This document shows, one piece after another, positions 25,954-35,285 of a DNA stretch of 64,000 bases (position 1 is the stretch's first letter; each line of letters opens with the position of its first letter). Source of the stretch: Myxococcales bacterium (lineage in GTDB: Bacteria; Myxococcota_A; UBA9042; JABWCM01; BTVJ01); contig BTVJ01000016.1 of the NCBI GenBank assembly GCA_045863395.1, positions 50,963-114,962 on the forward strand, in the 5' to 3' direction. The notes under the pieces were generated by a model. That model had not been told where the DNA came from, did not search any database, and saw nothing but the letters and a program-made list of their open reading frames with translations. The translations under genes were made by a program, and so were the position numbers.

Positions 25954-27728
25954 TGGAGACCGTCCTCCTCCGCCTTCTTTCTTGCTGCCTCGTCGTCGGG
26001 GATCAGGCGCACGGAGACCTCGGGACGGTCTGCTCGGAGCTGGACCGTCCGGCGCTCATAGCCGCGCTTGCGGACGGACACGGAGAGGCCGTCTCGCGGC
26101 ACCGCGACGACCAGCGGCGTCGCCCCGAGCACGCCGCGACCGTCCCGCACCTCGGCGCCCGGGGGGACGGAGAGCAGGGTGACCTCGGTAGCGGTCGGCC
26201 CGTGGGAGCTTGCCGCGACCAGGGAACCGTGAGTAGCGGCCACGGTCGATGCCGCGTCCGCGACGGCCTCCACGGCGCCTCTGGGCGTCTCCGCGGCGAC
26301 TCCGGGCGTCTCCGCAGCGCCCCCGGGCGTCTCCGCGGCGCCCTCGGGCGTCTCCGCGGCGCCCCCGGGCGCCTCCGCAGCGCCCCCGGGCGTCTCCGCA
26401 GCGACTCCGGGCGCCTCCGCAGCGACTCCGGGCGGCGCCGCAGCGCGTCCGGGCGTCTCCGCAGCGCCTCCGGGCGTCTCTGCAGCACGCCCAGGCTCCC
26501 CCACCGGGCCGCCGGACACCGCCCGGGCGCCCTCCACCGCACCGCCGGACGCAGCCACCACCCCGGTCGGTCGTGCAGCATCCGACGGCTGCTCGGGCCA
26601 CACCAGCGCGGCGACCCCTCCGAGCACCGCCACCCCGACGAGCGCCGCGACGACGGCCGCGCGCCCCCGCCGGGACCGCCGCAGCGCCATCACGGACTCG
26701 GCGGTGGTCGTGTCCGCGGCCGGCTCGACGCTGCCGAGGCGCGCCCTCGCCGCGGCCACGGCGGGCCTCCCATGCACCCGCTCCCGCTCGACCCGCGCCA
26801 GCTCCGCGAGCAGCGCCGCCGCATCCGCCGGCCGCTCGGACGGGCGCTTGGACAGGCACCGCAGCACCAGCTCCTCCATGCCCCCGGAGAGGGGCCGCCC
26901 GCCCATGAGCGACCGGATCGGGCGCGGGGGCGTCTGGACGTGGTGCACCATGACCCCGACCAGGCTGTCCGCCTGGAAGGGCGTGGACCCGGTCATCATC
27001 TGGTACAGGAGCACGCCCACGCTATAGACGTCGGACGCAGGGGTCACACCCTCGCCGGTCACGTTCTCGGGGCTCATGTAGTCCGGGGTGCCGCAGACCA
27101 TGCCGGTCTTCGTCACGGGCCCCTCCGAGACCGGCTCGAGGCTCTTGGCGACGCCGAAGTCCAGCACCTTGACCAGCTCCCGCTCGGTGCCCGGCCGCAG
27201 CAGGAAGACGTTGTCGGGCTTGACGTCGCGGTGGACGACGCCCTGCTCGTGGGCCTCGCTCAGCGACTCGCACACCTGGGTGGCGATGCGGCTCGCGCGC
27301 TCCTCCGCCATGGGGCCGCCGCTCTGGAGGGCCTGCCGCAGCGTAGCCCCCGACAGCAGCTCCATGGCGATGAACAGCATGCCGTCGGCGGTGCGCCCGA
27401 AGTCGTACAGCGACACGGTGTGGGGGCTGCCGAGGCGGCTGGCGAGGCGCGCCTCGGCCAGGAAGCGCTTGACCGCGTCCACGTTCTGGCCCAGCTCGGG
27501 CCGCAGGACCTTGAGGGCGACGTCCCGGTCCATGGAGTGCTGCGTCGCGACGTAGACCGCGCCCATGCCCCCCTGGGCGAGCAGCTTGCGGATGGTGAAG
27601 CGCCCCTCGATGACGCGGCCCTCGAGGCCCTTGAGGGGGTCGCCCATCACCCGCGCGCCGTCGGCGGGACAGAACATCACCTCGGGTCCGTAGACCCGCG
27701 AGCACTGGGGGCAGACGTGATCGGCCAT
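25950..27728 (-). CDS. Membrane Ser/Thr protein kinase (N-terminal Zn ribbon, TM, Pro/Ala repeat linker, C-terminal PEGA-like domain)
   Basis: CPQC...FCPADG, 'GGMGAVY', 'VALK', 'HRDVKPDN', 'DFG', 'GTPDYMSPE', 'SDVYS'. ATG at 27728 with GAGGAG RBS. Confidence 0.92.
   Translation of the reverse strand: MADHVCPQCSRVYGPEVMFCPADGARVMGDPLKGLEGRVIEGRFTIRKLLAQGGMGAVYVATQHSMDRDVALKVLRPELGQNVDAVKRFLAEARLASRLGSPHTVSLYDFGRTADGMLFIAMELLSGATLRQALQSGGPMAEERASRIATQVCESLSEAHEQGVVHRDVKPDNVFLLRPGTERELVKVLDFGVAKSLEPVSEGPVTKTGMVCGTPDYMSPENVTGEGVTPASDVYSVGVLLYQMMTGSTPFQADSLVGVMVHHVQTPPRPIRSLMGGRPLSGGMEELVLRCLSKRPSERPADAAALLAELARVERERVHGRPAVAAARARLGSVEPAADTTTAESVMALRRSRRGRAAVVAALVGVAVLGGVAALVWPEQPSDAARPTGVVAASGGAVEGARAVSGGPVGEPGRAAETPGGAAETPGRAAAPPGVAAEAPGVAAETPGGAAEAPGGAAETPEGAAETPGGAAETPGVAAETPRGAVEAVADAASTVAATHGSLVAASSHGPTATEVTLLSVPPGAEVRDGRGVLGATPLVVAVPRDGLSVSVRKRGYERRTVQLRADRPEVSVRLIPDDEAARKKAEEDGLQ
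26272..26495 (-). repeat. 21-bp degenerate tandem repeat (~10 copies; encodes AAETPGG) in kinase periplasmic linker
   Basis: Translation reads GRAAETPGGAAETPGRAAAPPGVAAEAPGVAAETPGGAAEAPGGAAETPEGAAETPGGAAETPGVAAETPRG. Confidence 0.85.
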
Positions 27729-27867
27729 GAGCACTCCTCGGCGGACGCCCCGGGCGCCCCCCGAAACGGCGCGGAGCCTATCACGGGGCACGACCGCAAT
27801 TCGAGCCCAACGATGGGCTACTTCAAAGGTTGCGCGGAGCGGTCGCCTGGGGGCATAGTCCACAACC

Positions 27868-28767
27868 ATGATCCCCACTGACCACGAGCGAGCGCGACCA
27901 CACCTCCGGGTGCTCCCGGGGCTGCTGTTCCTGGCCCTGCTGGGCGGGTGCAAGGACTCCCCGCCCACCACCGACCAGGCTCCCACGACGACCACTGGCG
28001 CCCTCACGGCACCGGCGGAGCGTCCCCTCCCCGCGTTCGCCGGCCTGCTCTTGGACGTGGACGGTGACCGGATCCTCGTCGGCACGCCCCTGCCCGCCCC
28101 CGAGAACGCCGACCCCATGATGGAGATGACGGTCCGCCTGCTCGTCCGCGGCGTCCCGACCCCCTGGCCGCTCGACGACCGCCCCCTGAGCCACGCGCGC
28201 CTGCTGCCGGGCGGCGCCCTGGGCATCACCATGCGCGGCGACCTGGTGGTGGCGGACGCCACGGTCACCCGCGTGGACGGCGAGGCCATCGGCCCCGTGG
28301 GCGCCTCCGCCGACGGCCGCACCCTGGTCTACTGCAAGGGCGAGGCCCCCTCCCTGGAGGTCTGGCGCGCCGACTACGACGGTGGCTGGACCACGCGCCC
28401 CGTCACCACCGCGATGGCCCCCACGTGGTCGCCCGCGGTGTCAGGAGACAGCGTCGTCTACGCGTCCGCCCACTCCGGCGTCGCGGCGCTCTGGCGCGCG
28501 GACGGCGGCGCCCCTCGCCAGCTCACGAACCGCGACGTGACGTTCACACCAGGTCAGGCGCCCCACCTCGACCCGTTCCCGGCGTCCCTCACCCCCACCC
28601 TGTTCGACGGCGACCGCATCGTCTTCGAGGGGGAGCAGGGCGTCGTGGTCATGACTGGCGAGGGCCGCGTCCTGCGCCAGGAGACCGGGCGCGTCCCCCA
28701 CCGCTTGGGGCTCGGCTACGGCGTGGTCCGGGGCAACGCGATCCACCCCCTGGAGGTGGCCCCATGA
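27868..28767 (+). CDS. Lipoprotein with TolB/PD40-like propeller blades
   Basis: Lipobox LGGC; 'SADGRTLVY', 'TWSPAVSGDSVVYAS', 'PRQLT'. Confidence 0.65.
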   Translation: MIPTDHERARPHLRVLPGLLFLALLGGCKDSPPTTDQAPTTTTGALTAPAERPLPAFAGLLLDVDGDRILVGTPLPAPENADPMMEMTVRLLVRGVPTPWPLDDRPLSHARLLPGGALGITMRGDLVVADATVTRVDGEAIGPVGASADGRTLVYCKGEAPSLEVWRADYDGGWTTRPVTTAMAPTWSPAVSGDSVVYASAHSGVAALWRADGGAPRQLTNRDVTFTPGQAPHLDPFPASLTPTLFDGDRIVFEGEQGVVVMTGEGRVLRQETGRVPHRLGLGYGVVRGNAIHPLEVAP

Positions 28768-30359
28768 GGTGGCTGCTGGCGGCGTGGGTCCTGCTCCTGG
28801 CGACGGACGCCTCCGCGGTGCGGCACCGGCGCCCGTTCCACCCCTCCATCAAGCTCGGCCACGGCTTCGACAACAACTACGGCGCCGCGGGCTGCGTGGA
28901 CTGGGGCTGCGGCGGCACCTGCTACCACACCCACACGGGCAGCGACTTCCCCATCGGCATCGGCAACGACGTGCTCGCCGGCGCCGGCGGTACGGTCATC
29001 GAGACCTCCCAGGGCTGCGCGGACTGGGGCTACCGCGGCAACCCCTGCGGCGGCTACTGCGGCAACTTCGTCCGCATCCAGCACGCCGACGGCAGCCGCA
29101 CCCTCTACTGCCACATGCGCAACGGGTCCATCGCCGTCGGCAAGGGGCAGGGGGTCTCCTGCGGTCAGAAGATCGGCGAGTCGGCCAGCTCGGGCAGCTC
29201 CACGGGCCCCCATCTGCACTTCGGCTGGCAGCCCGGCGGCGGCAGCTCCAAGGACTCGTTCTCCGGGAGCTGCTCCGGCACCTCCGGCGCCTGGGTGGAC
29301 CAGGGCCCCTACCCTGGCTACCCGGGCGCGGGCTGCGAGCAGAGCTGCGACTGCTCGCCGGGCCAGACCCAGACGGAGGGCTGCGGCAAGTGCGGCACCC
29401 GGTCCCGCTCCTGCGGCGGCGACTGCAAGTGGGGCGGGTGGTCCGGCTGCGGCGGCGAGGGGCCGTGCAGCCCAGGAGAGACCCAGTCCCAGGCCTGCTG
29501 CGACTGCGGCCAGCAGGCCCGCGCCTGCGGCGGCAACTGCCACTGGGGCGAGTGGGGCGGCTGCTCCGGCCCCAACCCGCCCGGGCCGCCGCCCTGCGAC
29601 ACGGGGGTCCCCGGGGTGTGCGCCGTGGGCGAGATCCACTGCATGAACGGGTGCCTCGGCTGCGCCCAGGCGGTGGAGCCGACCCCCGAGGTGTGCGACG
29701 GCCTCGACAACGACTGCGACGGCCCCACCGACGAGGACGCCAAGACGCTGGGGAATCCCCCACCCCCGTTCGCAGCCGCCCTGGAGGACCTCTCGGCCCC
29801 GGGCGCCATGCCGGCGGGGCAGCCCGGCATCGTCTGGGCGGTGTTCCGCAACGTGGGGACGGCGCCCTGGCCCAAGGCCGCCACGTGGCTCCAGGCGACG
29901 GCGCCCGGCGGAACCCCGAGCCCGCTGTGGGACCCGGCCTCCTGGGCGGCATGGGATGTTGCCGTTGCCGTACCGACCGAGGTGAAGCCCGGGGAGGCGG
30001 CGTTCCTGACCTTCCCCATCCAGATGCCGCTCGCGAGCGCCCCGACGGCGACGACCTTCGCGGTGTCCGTGGACGGCAAGCCCCTGGCGTGCCCGTCGCC
30101 GGGCTTCGATCTCGCCCCGCTTTGGCTGGTACCGCCGACGACGGGCCCGTCCGGCGGCGGCGCCAAGCCTGGTCCCGAGGACGCCGGCGCGATGGACTCC
30201 GAGGCCCCCGAGGACGACTCGTCGTCCCCCGGCGAGCCAGCCTCCATCGCGGACGTCGCCCCCGAGGGTCCGACGACCGGCGGGTGCGGCGCCACCGGTG
30301 GCGGGGCTGCCTGGGTCCTGCTCCTGCTCGCCCTCGCCCGGCGCCGTCGCGCGCACTGA
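28764..30359 (+). CDS. M23 family peptidase with Cys-rich repeats, MopE-related metal-binding motif, Nbr1-FW-like Ig domain and MYXO-CTERM-like tail
   Basis: Signal peptide; HxxxD 'HTGSDF', 'GNFVRIQH...YCHM', HxH 'STGPHLH'; 'EVCDGLDNDCDG'; 'FRNVGTAPW'; tail 'GGCGAT...VLLLLALARRRR'. Confidence 0.85.
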   Translation: MRWLLAAWVLLLATDASAVRHRRPFHPSIKLGHGFDNNYGAAGCVDWGCGGTCYHTHTGSDFPIGIGNDVLAGAGGTVIETSQGCADWGYRGNPCGGYCGNFVRIQHADGSRTLYCHMRNGSIAVGKGQGVSCGQKIGESASSGSSTGPHLHFGWQPGGGSSKDSFSGSCSGTSGAWVDQGPYPGYPGAGCEQSCDCSPGQTQTEGCGKCGTRSRSCGGDCKWGGWSGCGGEGPCSPGETQSQACCDCGQQARACGGNCHWGEWGGCSGPNPPGPPPCDTGVPGVCAVGEIHCMNGCLGCAQAVEPTPEVCDGLDNDCDGPTDEDAKTLGNPPPPFAAALEDLSAPGAMPAGQPGIVWAVFRNVGTAPWPKAATWLQATAPGGTPSPLWDPASWAAWDVAVAVPTEVKPGEAAFLTFPIQMPLASAPTATTFAVSVDGKPLACPSPGFDLAPLWLVPPTTGPSGGGAKPGPEDAGAMDSEAPEDDSSSPGEPASIADVAPEGPTTGGCGATGGGAAWVLLLLALARRRRAH

Positions 30360-30379
30360 CCACCAAAGGAGCTTCTCCA

Positions 30380-31039
30380 ATGAACGTGATCCTCTTCGGC
30401 GCCACCGGCATGGTCGGGCAGGCTGCCCTGCTGGAGTGTCTGGACGACCCGGGCGTGGAGCGGGTCCTCGCGGTGGGCCGCCAGGCGACGGGCCGGGAGC
30501 ACCCCAAGCTGCGCGACCTGGTCCACGCCGCCTTCACGGACTACACCGCCGTCGAGGACCAGCTCCGCGGCTACGACGCCTGCTTCTTCTGTCTGGGGGT
30601 CTCCTCCCTCGGCATGAAGGAGGCGGAGTACACGCGCATCACCTACGACTTCACTCTCTCCGCGGCGCAGACCCTGGCCCGCTTGAACCCGGGCATGGCC
30701 TTCCTCTACGTGACCGGCGAGGGCACGGACAGCACCGAGCAGGGCCGCTCCTGGTGGGCCCGCATCAAGGGCCGCACGGAGAATGACCTCCTCAAGCTCC
30801 CGCTCGCGGCGACCATGCTCCGCCCGGGGTACATCCACCCGATGCGAGGCATCCGCGCCCGCCACGGCCTCACCCGCGCGGCCTACGTGCTGGGCGGGCC
30901 GCTGTTCCCCCTCATCCGCCGGCTCGCCCCAAGCCACACGACGACCTCGGTGCAGCTCGCGAAGGCGATGCTCCACATCGCCCGCCACGGCCACCCGAAG
31001 CGCATCCTGACCACGGACGACATCAACGCCATCGCCTGA
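30380..31039 (+). CDS. NAD(P)-binding atypical SDR (TIP30/YraR-like epimerase)
   Basis: 'ILFGATGMVG', 'DACFFCLG', 'W.RIKGRTEN', 'RPGYI'; AAGGAG RBS. Confidence 0.85.
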   Translation: MNVILFGATGMVGQAALLECLDDPGVERVLAVGRQATGREHPKLRDLVHAAFTDYTAVEDQLRGYDACFFCLGVSSLGMKEAEYTRITYDFTLSAAQTLARLNPGMAFLYVTGEGTDSTEQGRSWWARIKGRTENDLLKLPLAATMLRPGYIHPMRGIRARHGLTRAAYVLGGPLFPLIRRLAPSHTTTSVQLAKAMLHIARHGHPKRILTTDDINAIA

Positions 31040-32761
31040 TCAGGGCTCCTCGAAGCGCACCCGCAGGAAGACGAAGCGCTCGTATCCCGTGTTGTCGAGG
31101 ACGATGGGGGTCGGGGCGTCCAGGGTCAGCGACGCGTGGCCGTTCAGGGCGAGGAGCCACGAGCCGTCGGGCTGCGGGGAGGCACCCGCGAGGAACGGGG
31201 AGGTCATCCACTTCGTGTGCCACGCGACGAGCTGCCCCGCACGGACGAGCTGACCGCCAGGAGTCCACCGGGCCAGGACCCAGGAGGTGGAGTCGGCGTC
31301 GTCGGTCTGGGGTGGGGCGTCGAAGGTGAGGGAGGCCGGAGGCTCTCCCAAGGTCCACGTGCCGCCCGCCCAGGTCTGCGTGTTGCTCCACCACCCCCCG
31401 CCGGGCCAGGGCCGCGCTCGCGGAGGCAGCGTCTTGGCCCCGAGGAAGGCGCCCCCCCACGAGAACCGGACGTCCAGGGTGCCGTCGCCGCCGTAGCCGC
31501 AGGAGAGCTCCCCGTCCTCCACCACGAACTCGACGGCCCCCTCGAGACCCACGGTCACACCGCCGGCATCGAGGTTCAGCCAGGTGGGGGCGCGGAGCCA
31601 CCCATAGTGCTGCACGCGCCGCGCGAGGGTCACGTCCCCAGGCCCTGCCCAGGCCGCCACGAAGAGGTCCATGGCGGGGTCGTCGTCCGAGGACTTGGCC
31701 TCGAGGGTGGGGCCCGCCTCGCCCCCAAAGACCGCCTCCACCCCGAGCGGATAGCCGCCGAAGTCGCCCACCGCGACGAAGCCTGCCCCGTGGCTGGCGA
31801 GCATGTTCACGCTGCTGGCCGCCGTCCCAGCGATGGGCTCGACCCACTGGACGCTGAGGTCCGGCCGAAGCCGCGCGATGAAGCCACGCCCCGGGTAGAA
31901 GACCTCCGCCGGGACGTCGATGACCGTCCCGTCCTTGAAGGTCGCCTGCTGGGCCAAGTGCCCCCCGATGAGCCAGCCGCCGTCGTCCAGTGGCAGGACC
32001 GCGCGGACCTCGAGGGCCGGACCCTCCGCGAATCGGCGCATGTCGAGCACCAGCCCCTCCGGCGACATCACGGTGAAGGCGGCGCCGACAGTCTCCTCCG
32101 AGCGGTCGATGACGTCCGGGGTGCCCGGGTTTCCGACCAGCGCCTTGCCGCTGGCCGCCACCCCGATGCGCCCGTCACTGGCCTCCGCGGCGACACCGAG
32201 GCAGCCGTCGCACACATGGCGGGCGAAGCGCAGTGTGCCGTCGGGACGCACGCGAACCGCCATGTGGTGAAGGTAGGTGACGTCATCCGTGGAGACGGTC
32301 ACGTCTCCGACCGTCACCTCCCCGGCGAAGGCGCCTCCCACCAGAAGGTCGCCGTCCGCGAGCGACAGGGACGTGCTCGCGAGCACGCCGTTGCTGCCCG
32401 GCGTCGACTGGAGGGCCCAGTCGATGCCGATGGCGACGCGCTCGGGAGTCACCGGGAGCTCGACGGCGTCTGCGGCATCGAGGCCGCCCGTGTCTGCGCC
32501 CCCCCCTCCGCCTCCGTCCGTACCCCCGCCAGCGTCGCCTGCCGCGCCGTCCGGGGCGTCCTCCAGGCTCGTGTCCCCGGGGCTCCCACCACCGTCCGTC
32601 CCGCCCTGCACGTCGGGCGCAGGCGCCACGTCCCCCAGGGCCGTCCCCCCGTCCTGCGAGACATCCTGCCCCGCTTGCCCCGCGTCCACCGCCCCGCCGG
32701 AGGGAGCGTCGTCCCCACCACACGCCAAGAGCACGACCAGTCCGACCCAAGCTCGTGTCAC
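31040..32761 (-). CDS. Lipoprotein with acidic linker and probable beta-propeller
   Basis: GTG start with GAGGAGGG RBS, lipobox LLAC, blades 'LLVGGAF.G.VT.G', 'LIGGHL', 'VAVGDF'. Confidence 0.65.
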   Translation of the reverse strand: MTRAWVGLVVLLACGGDDAPSGGAVDAGQAGQDVSQDGGTALGDVAPAPDVQGGTDGGGSPGDTSLEDAPDGAAGDAGGGTDGGGGGGADTGGLDAADAVELPVTPERVAIGIDWALQSTPGSNGVLASTSLSLADGDLLVGGAFAGEVTVGDVTVSTDDVTYLHHMAVRVRPDGTLRFARHVCDGCLGVAAEASDGRIGVAASGKALVGNPGTPDVIDRSEETVGAAFTVMSPEGLVLDMRRFAEGPALEVRAVLPLDDGGWLIGGHLAQQATFKDGTVIDVPAEVFYPGRGFIARLRPDLSVQWVEPIAGTAASSVNMLASHGAGFVAVGDFGGYPLGVEAVFGGEAGPTLEAKSSDDDPAMDLFVAAWAGPGDVTLARRVQHYGWLRAPTWLNLDAGGVTVGLEGAVEFVVEDGELSCGYGGDGTLDVRFSWGGAFLGAKTLPPRARPWPGGGWWSNTQTWAGGTWTLGEPPASLTFDAPPQTDDADSTSWVLARWTPGGQLVRAGQLVAWHTKWMTSPFLAGASPQPDGSWLLALNGHASLTLDAPTPIVLDNTGYERFVFLRVRFEEP

Positions 32762-32826
32762 GCTGCCCTCCTCGTCCGAGAGGGGGACACCGTGCCACAG
32801 GAGGGGCCGCGCAATCCAGAGGGGGG

Positions 32827-33810
32827 TCAGTACACCTCGACCAGGAAGCGGTCTGTCGGGCGCAGGTCCCGCTTGCCCACGTCGTTGCCCCACGCCGACG
32901 GAGGGACACCCGCGATGTGATCGGAGAGGTTCAGATACCCCTTGTGGAGCCCCGCCGCCACGAGCACCTGGTAGACGCCCCAGTCCATGCCGGCGAGACC
33001 GCACATATAGAGGATGGTGCGCCGGCTCTCGAGGACGGGCCGGAGCTGCGCCAGCTCCCGCTCCATGTACTTGTGCAGGTAGATGCCCCTCCCCCCGGGT
33101 CCCTCGCGGCTGATCACCGTGTGGTAGTGGAAGTTCGGGTGCTCCGCGGCGAGCTGCGTGAACAGCTCGTGGTAGATGAGATCCGAGGTGTAGGGGAAGC
33201 CCGAGATCAGGTGAATCTGGCTCCGGGCCGCCCCCTGCGGGCGGCGGAGCAGCTCCAGGGCCATGGCACGGAAGGGCGCGATGCCCGTCCCCGTCGCCAT
33301 GAACACGTAGTCGTGCGCCTCCACGTCGACCGGCAGCAGGAACCGCTTGCCCGCGGGGCCGGTCACCCAGACGTCGTCGCCCTCGCGCAGATCGCACATA
33401 TGATTGGAGCACACCCCCAAAAAGAGGCGGTGATCGCCGGGGTCGTCACCAGGCCGCTGAGGCGCGCGCTCGTCGATGAGGCGCTTGACGGACGTGGAGA
33501 TCACGTTGCCGGCGCCGTCCTCCCCCCAGGACGGGGACGCGCTGGAGTAGAGGCGCACCGCGTGGGGCTTCCCGGCATCATCGAGCCCTGGCGCGACCAC
33601 CCCGAAGGCCTGGCCGGGCAGGAAGGAGCCCGCCAGGGGGGTGCCGCTCAAATCCACGCAGAAGTGCCGCACGAAGCTCGCGGACTTCTTCTTGCCGAAG
33701 GTGCACAGCTCGTTGCTGGCGACCCGGGCGCGGACCGGCTCCGACGCTGGCACGATCTTGATGCGGGCGTCTGGCATCACGGGGAGGTGAGGATCAGCGT
33801 TTCTCGGCAT
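32827..33810 (-). CDS. Ferredoxin--NADP+ reductase, plant/plastid-type (PetH/BoxA-like)
   Basis: 'RLYSSAS', 'GVCS', 'TGPAGK', 'ATGTGIAPFRAM', 'YMCGLAGM', C-terminal 'EVY'. Confidence 0.88.
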   Translation of the reverse strand: MPRNADPHLPVMPDARIKIVPASEPVRARVASNELCTFGKKKSASFVRHFCVDLSGTPLAGSFLPGQAFGVVAPGLDDAGKPHAVRLYSSASPSWGEDGAGNVISTSVKRLIDERAPQRPGDDPGDHRLFLGVCSNHMCDLREGDDVWVTGPAGKRFLLPVDVEAHDYVFMATGTGIAPFRAMALELLRRPQGAARSQIHLISGFPYTSDLIYHELFTQLAAEHPNFHYHTVISREGPGGRGIYLHKYMERELAQLRPVLESRRTILYMCGLAGMDWGVYQVLVAAGLHKGYLNLSDHIAGVPPSAWGNDVGKRDLRPTDRFLVEVY

Positions 33811-34104
33811 GGGTGCTCTCCCTTTCTCACATGAGGGGCGCCCCACCGCCGGGACGCCCCGGATCTGCGGTCGACACTAGGACCCCCAGGAGGGAAAGAC
33901 AAGCAGGATCGGAGGCCCGGTGGCCGCCCCCACCCGCCGTGATACCGTGCCCCAGTCACCGCCCCCCCGGTCCGACGGAAACAACGCGGTGACGCGCGCA
34001 AACCGTCTCGACCCCCGCGCCGACTTGGGCTATGGTGGGCGCCGCTGCCACGGCCCTCGCTGGCCCACCCGGGATGGCGGCACCGACACCGAGGAGGACC
34101 TCCG

Positions 34105-35277
34105 ATGAGACGATGGACGGGAGCGCTTCTGGCCGCGGGCGTCTTGGCGGCGACGGACGTGGCCGCGGATCCGACGGGCAGCGCGAGCGCCGCCGCGGAC
34201 GACTTCGACGACCTGGACGACGAGCCGGAGCTGGACGACCCGCTCTCCTGGCAGATAGGCACCATGCTCGTGCTGCGTCCGGTGGCGCTCATCCAGGCCC
34301 AGGCCGCCCCCTACGTGGGCGACGACGCCTTGGTGGTGACGGGGGACGCCGCGGACAGCGAGGGCTTCCGCCTCCGCCGCGCCCGCCTCGGCTTCTCGGG
34401 TGTCGCCGCCGCCATCGTCCCGTTCCAGGTGTCGGGGGAGCTGGCCGGCGACACCGCCCGCCTGGTCGACGCCTGGGTGGGCGTCGTGCCGAAGCCCTTC
34501 GTGGGCCTCTACGCGGGCGCACGCAAGGTGCCCTTCAGCCGCTCCGCCATCATGGGCGCGGACCGCACGGCGCTCATCGAGCGGCCGTTCGCCGTGCGCG
34601 CCATGGCCCCCTTCCGCCAGGTGGGCATGTCGCTGGAGGGCGACATCCTCGGGCCGATGCTCCACTACAGCGTGGGTCTCTTCAACGGCTTCCAGCGCAG
34701 CGACCTCTTCGGTGAGGGCTACACGGAGAACGCGGCCGCCTTCGGCAACCGCTTCGACGAGCTGGCGGTGGCGGGGCGTCTCTCGACCGCCCCCCTGGGC
34801 GAGCTCGGCGAGTCCATGGCGGACCTCGACCACTCCAGCTTCCGCTTCGGCGTCGGGTGCAGCGCCTTCTACAGCGACGGCGGCACGCGGGACATCATCG
34901 GCGTCGAGGGCGACTTCCTGATCCACTCCCACGGCTTCCACTTCCTCGGCGAGTTCCTGTGGGACACCGCGGAGCCCGAGAGCAAGCCCACCCAGGGCAG
35001 CACCCAGCTCGCCAAGGTCGAGCGCATGAGCGCCGTCGGCGAGCTCGGCTACGTGGTGCTCCCGCGCATGCTGTCCCTCTCGGCGCGGGTCGAGTGGATG
35101 GACCCCAACACGGGCATCGACGACAACGGCGACCAGGTCGCCATCTCCGCCGGCTTCGCCTTCCACGTCTGGGAGGACTACGCCAAGGTCCAGGCCGAGT
35201 TCGTCCACCGGGAGGAGCTCAACGGCCCGAGCCTCGACAACGACGCGATGGTCATCCAGGTCCAGCTCGGGCTGTGA
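34105..35277 (+). CDS. Outer-membrane porin (phosphate-selective OprO/OprP-like family)
   Basis: Signal peptide; 'GFRLRRARLG', 'LVDAWV', 'G..KVPFS', 'LIERP', 'RQVG', 'GLFNG'; amphipathic beta-strand C-terminus. Confidence 0.75.
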   Translation: MRRWTGALLAAGVLAATDVAADPTGSASAAADDFDDLDDEPELDDPLSWQIGTMLVLRPVALIQAQAAPYVGDDALVVTGDAADSEGFRLRRARLGFSGVAAAIVPFQVSGELAGDTARLVDAWVGVVPKPFVGLYAGARKVPFSRSAIMGADRTALIERPFAVRAMAPFRQVGMSLEGDILGPMLHYSVGLFNGFQRSDLFGEGYTENAAAFGNRFDELAVAGRLSTAPLGELGESMADLDHSSFRFGVGCSAFYSDGGTRDIIGVEGDFLIHSHGFHFLGEFLWDTAEPESKPTQGSTQLAKVERMSAVGELGYVVLPRMLSLSARVEWMDPNTGIDDNGDQVAISAGFAFHVWEDYAKVQAEFVHREELNGPSLDNDAMVIQVQLGL

Positions 35278-35285
35278 GGTCCCCC

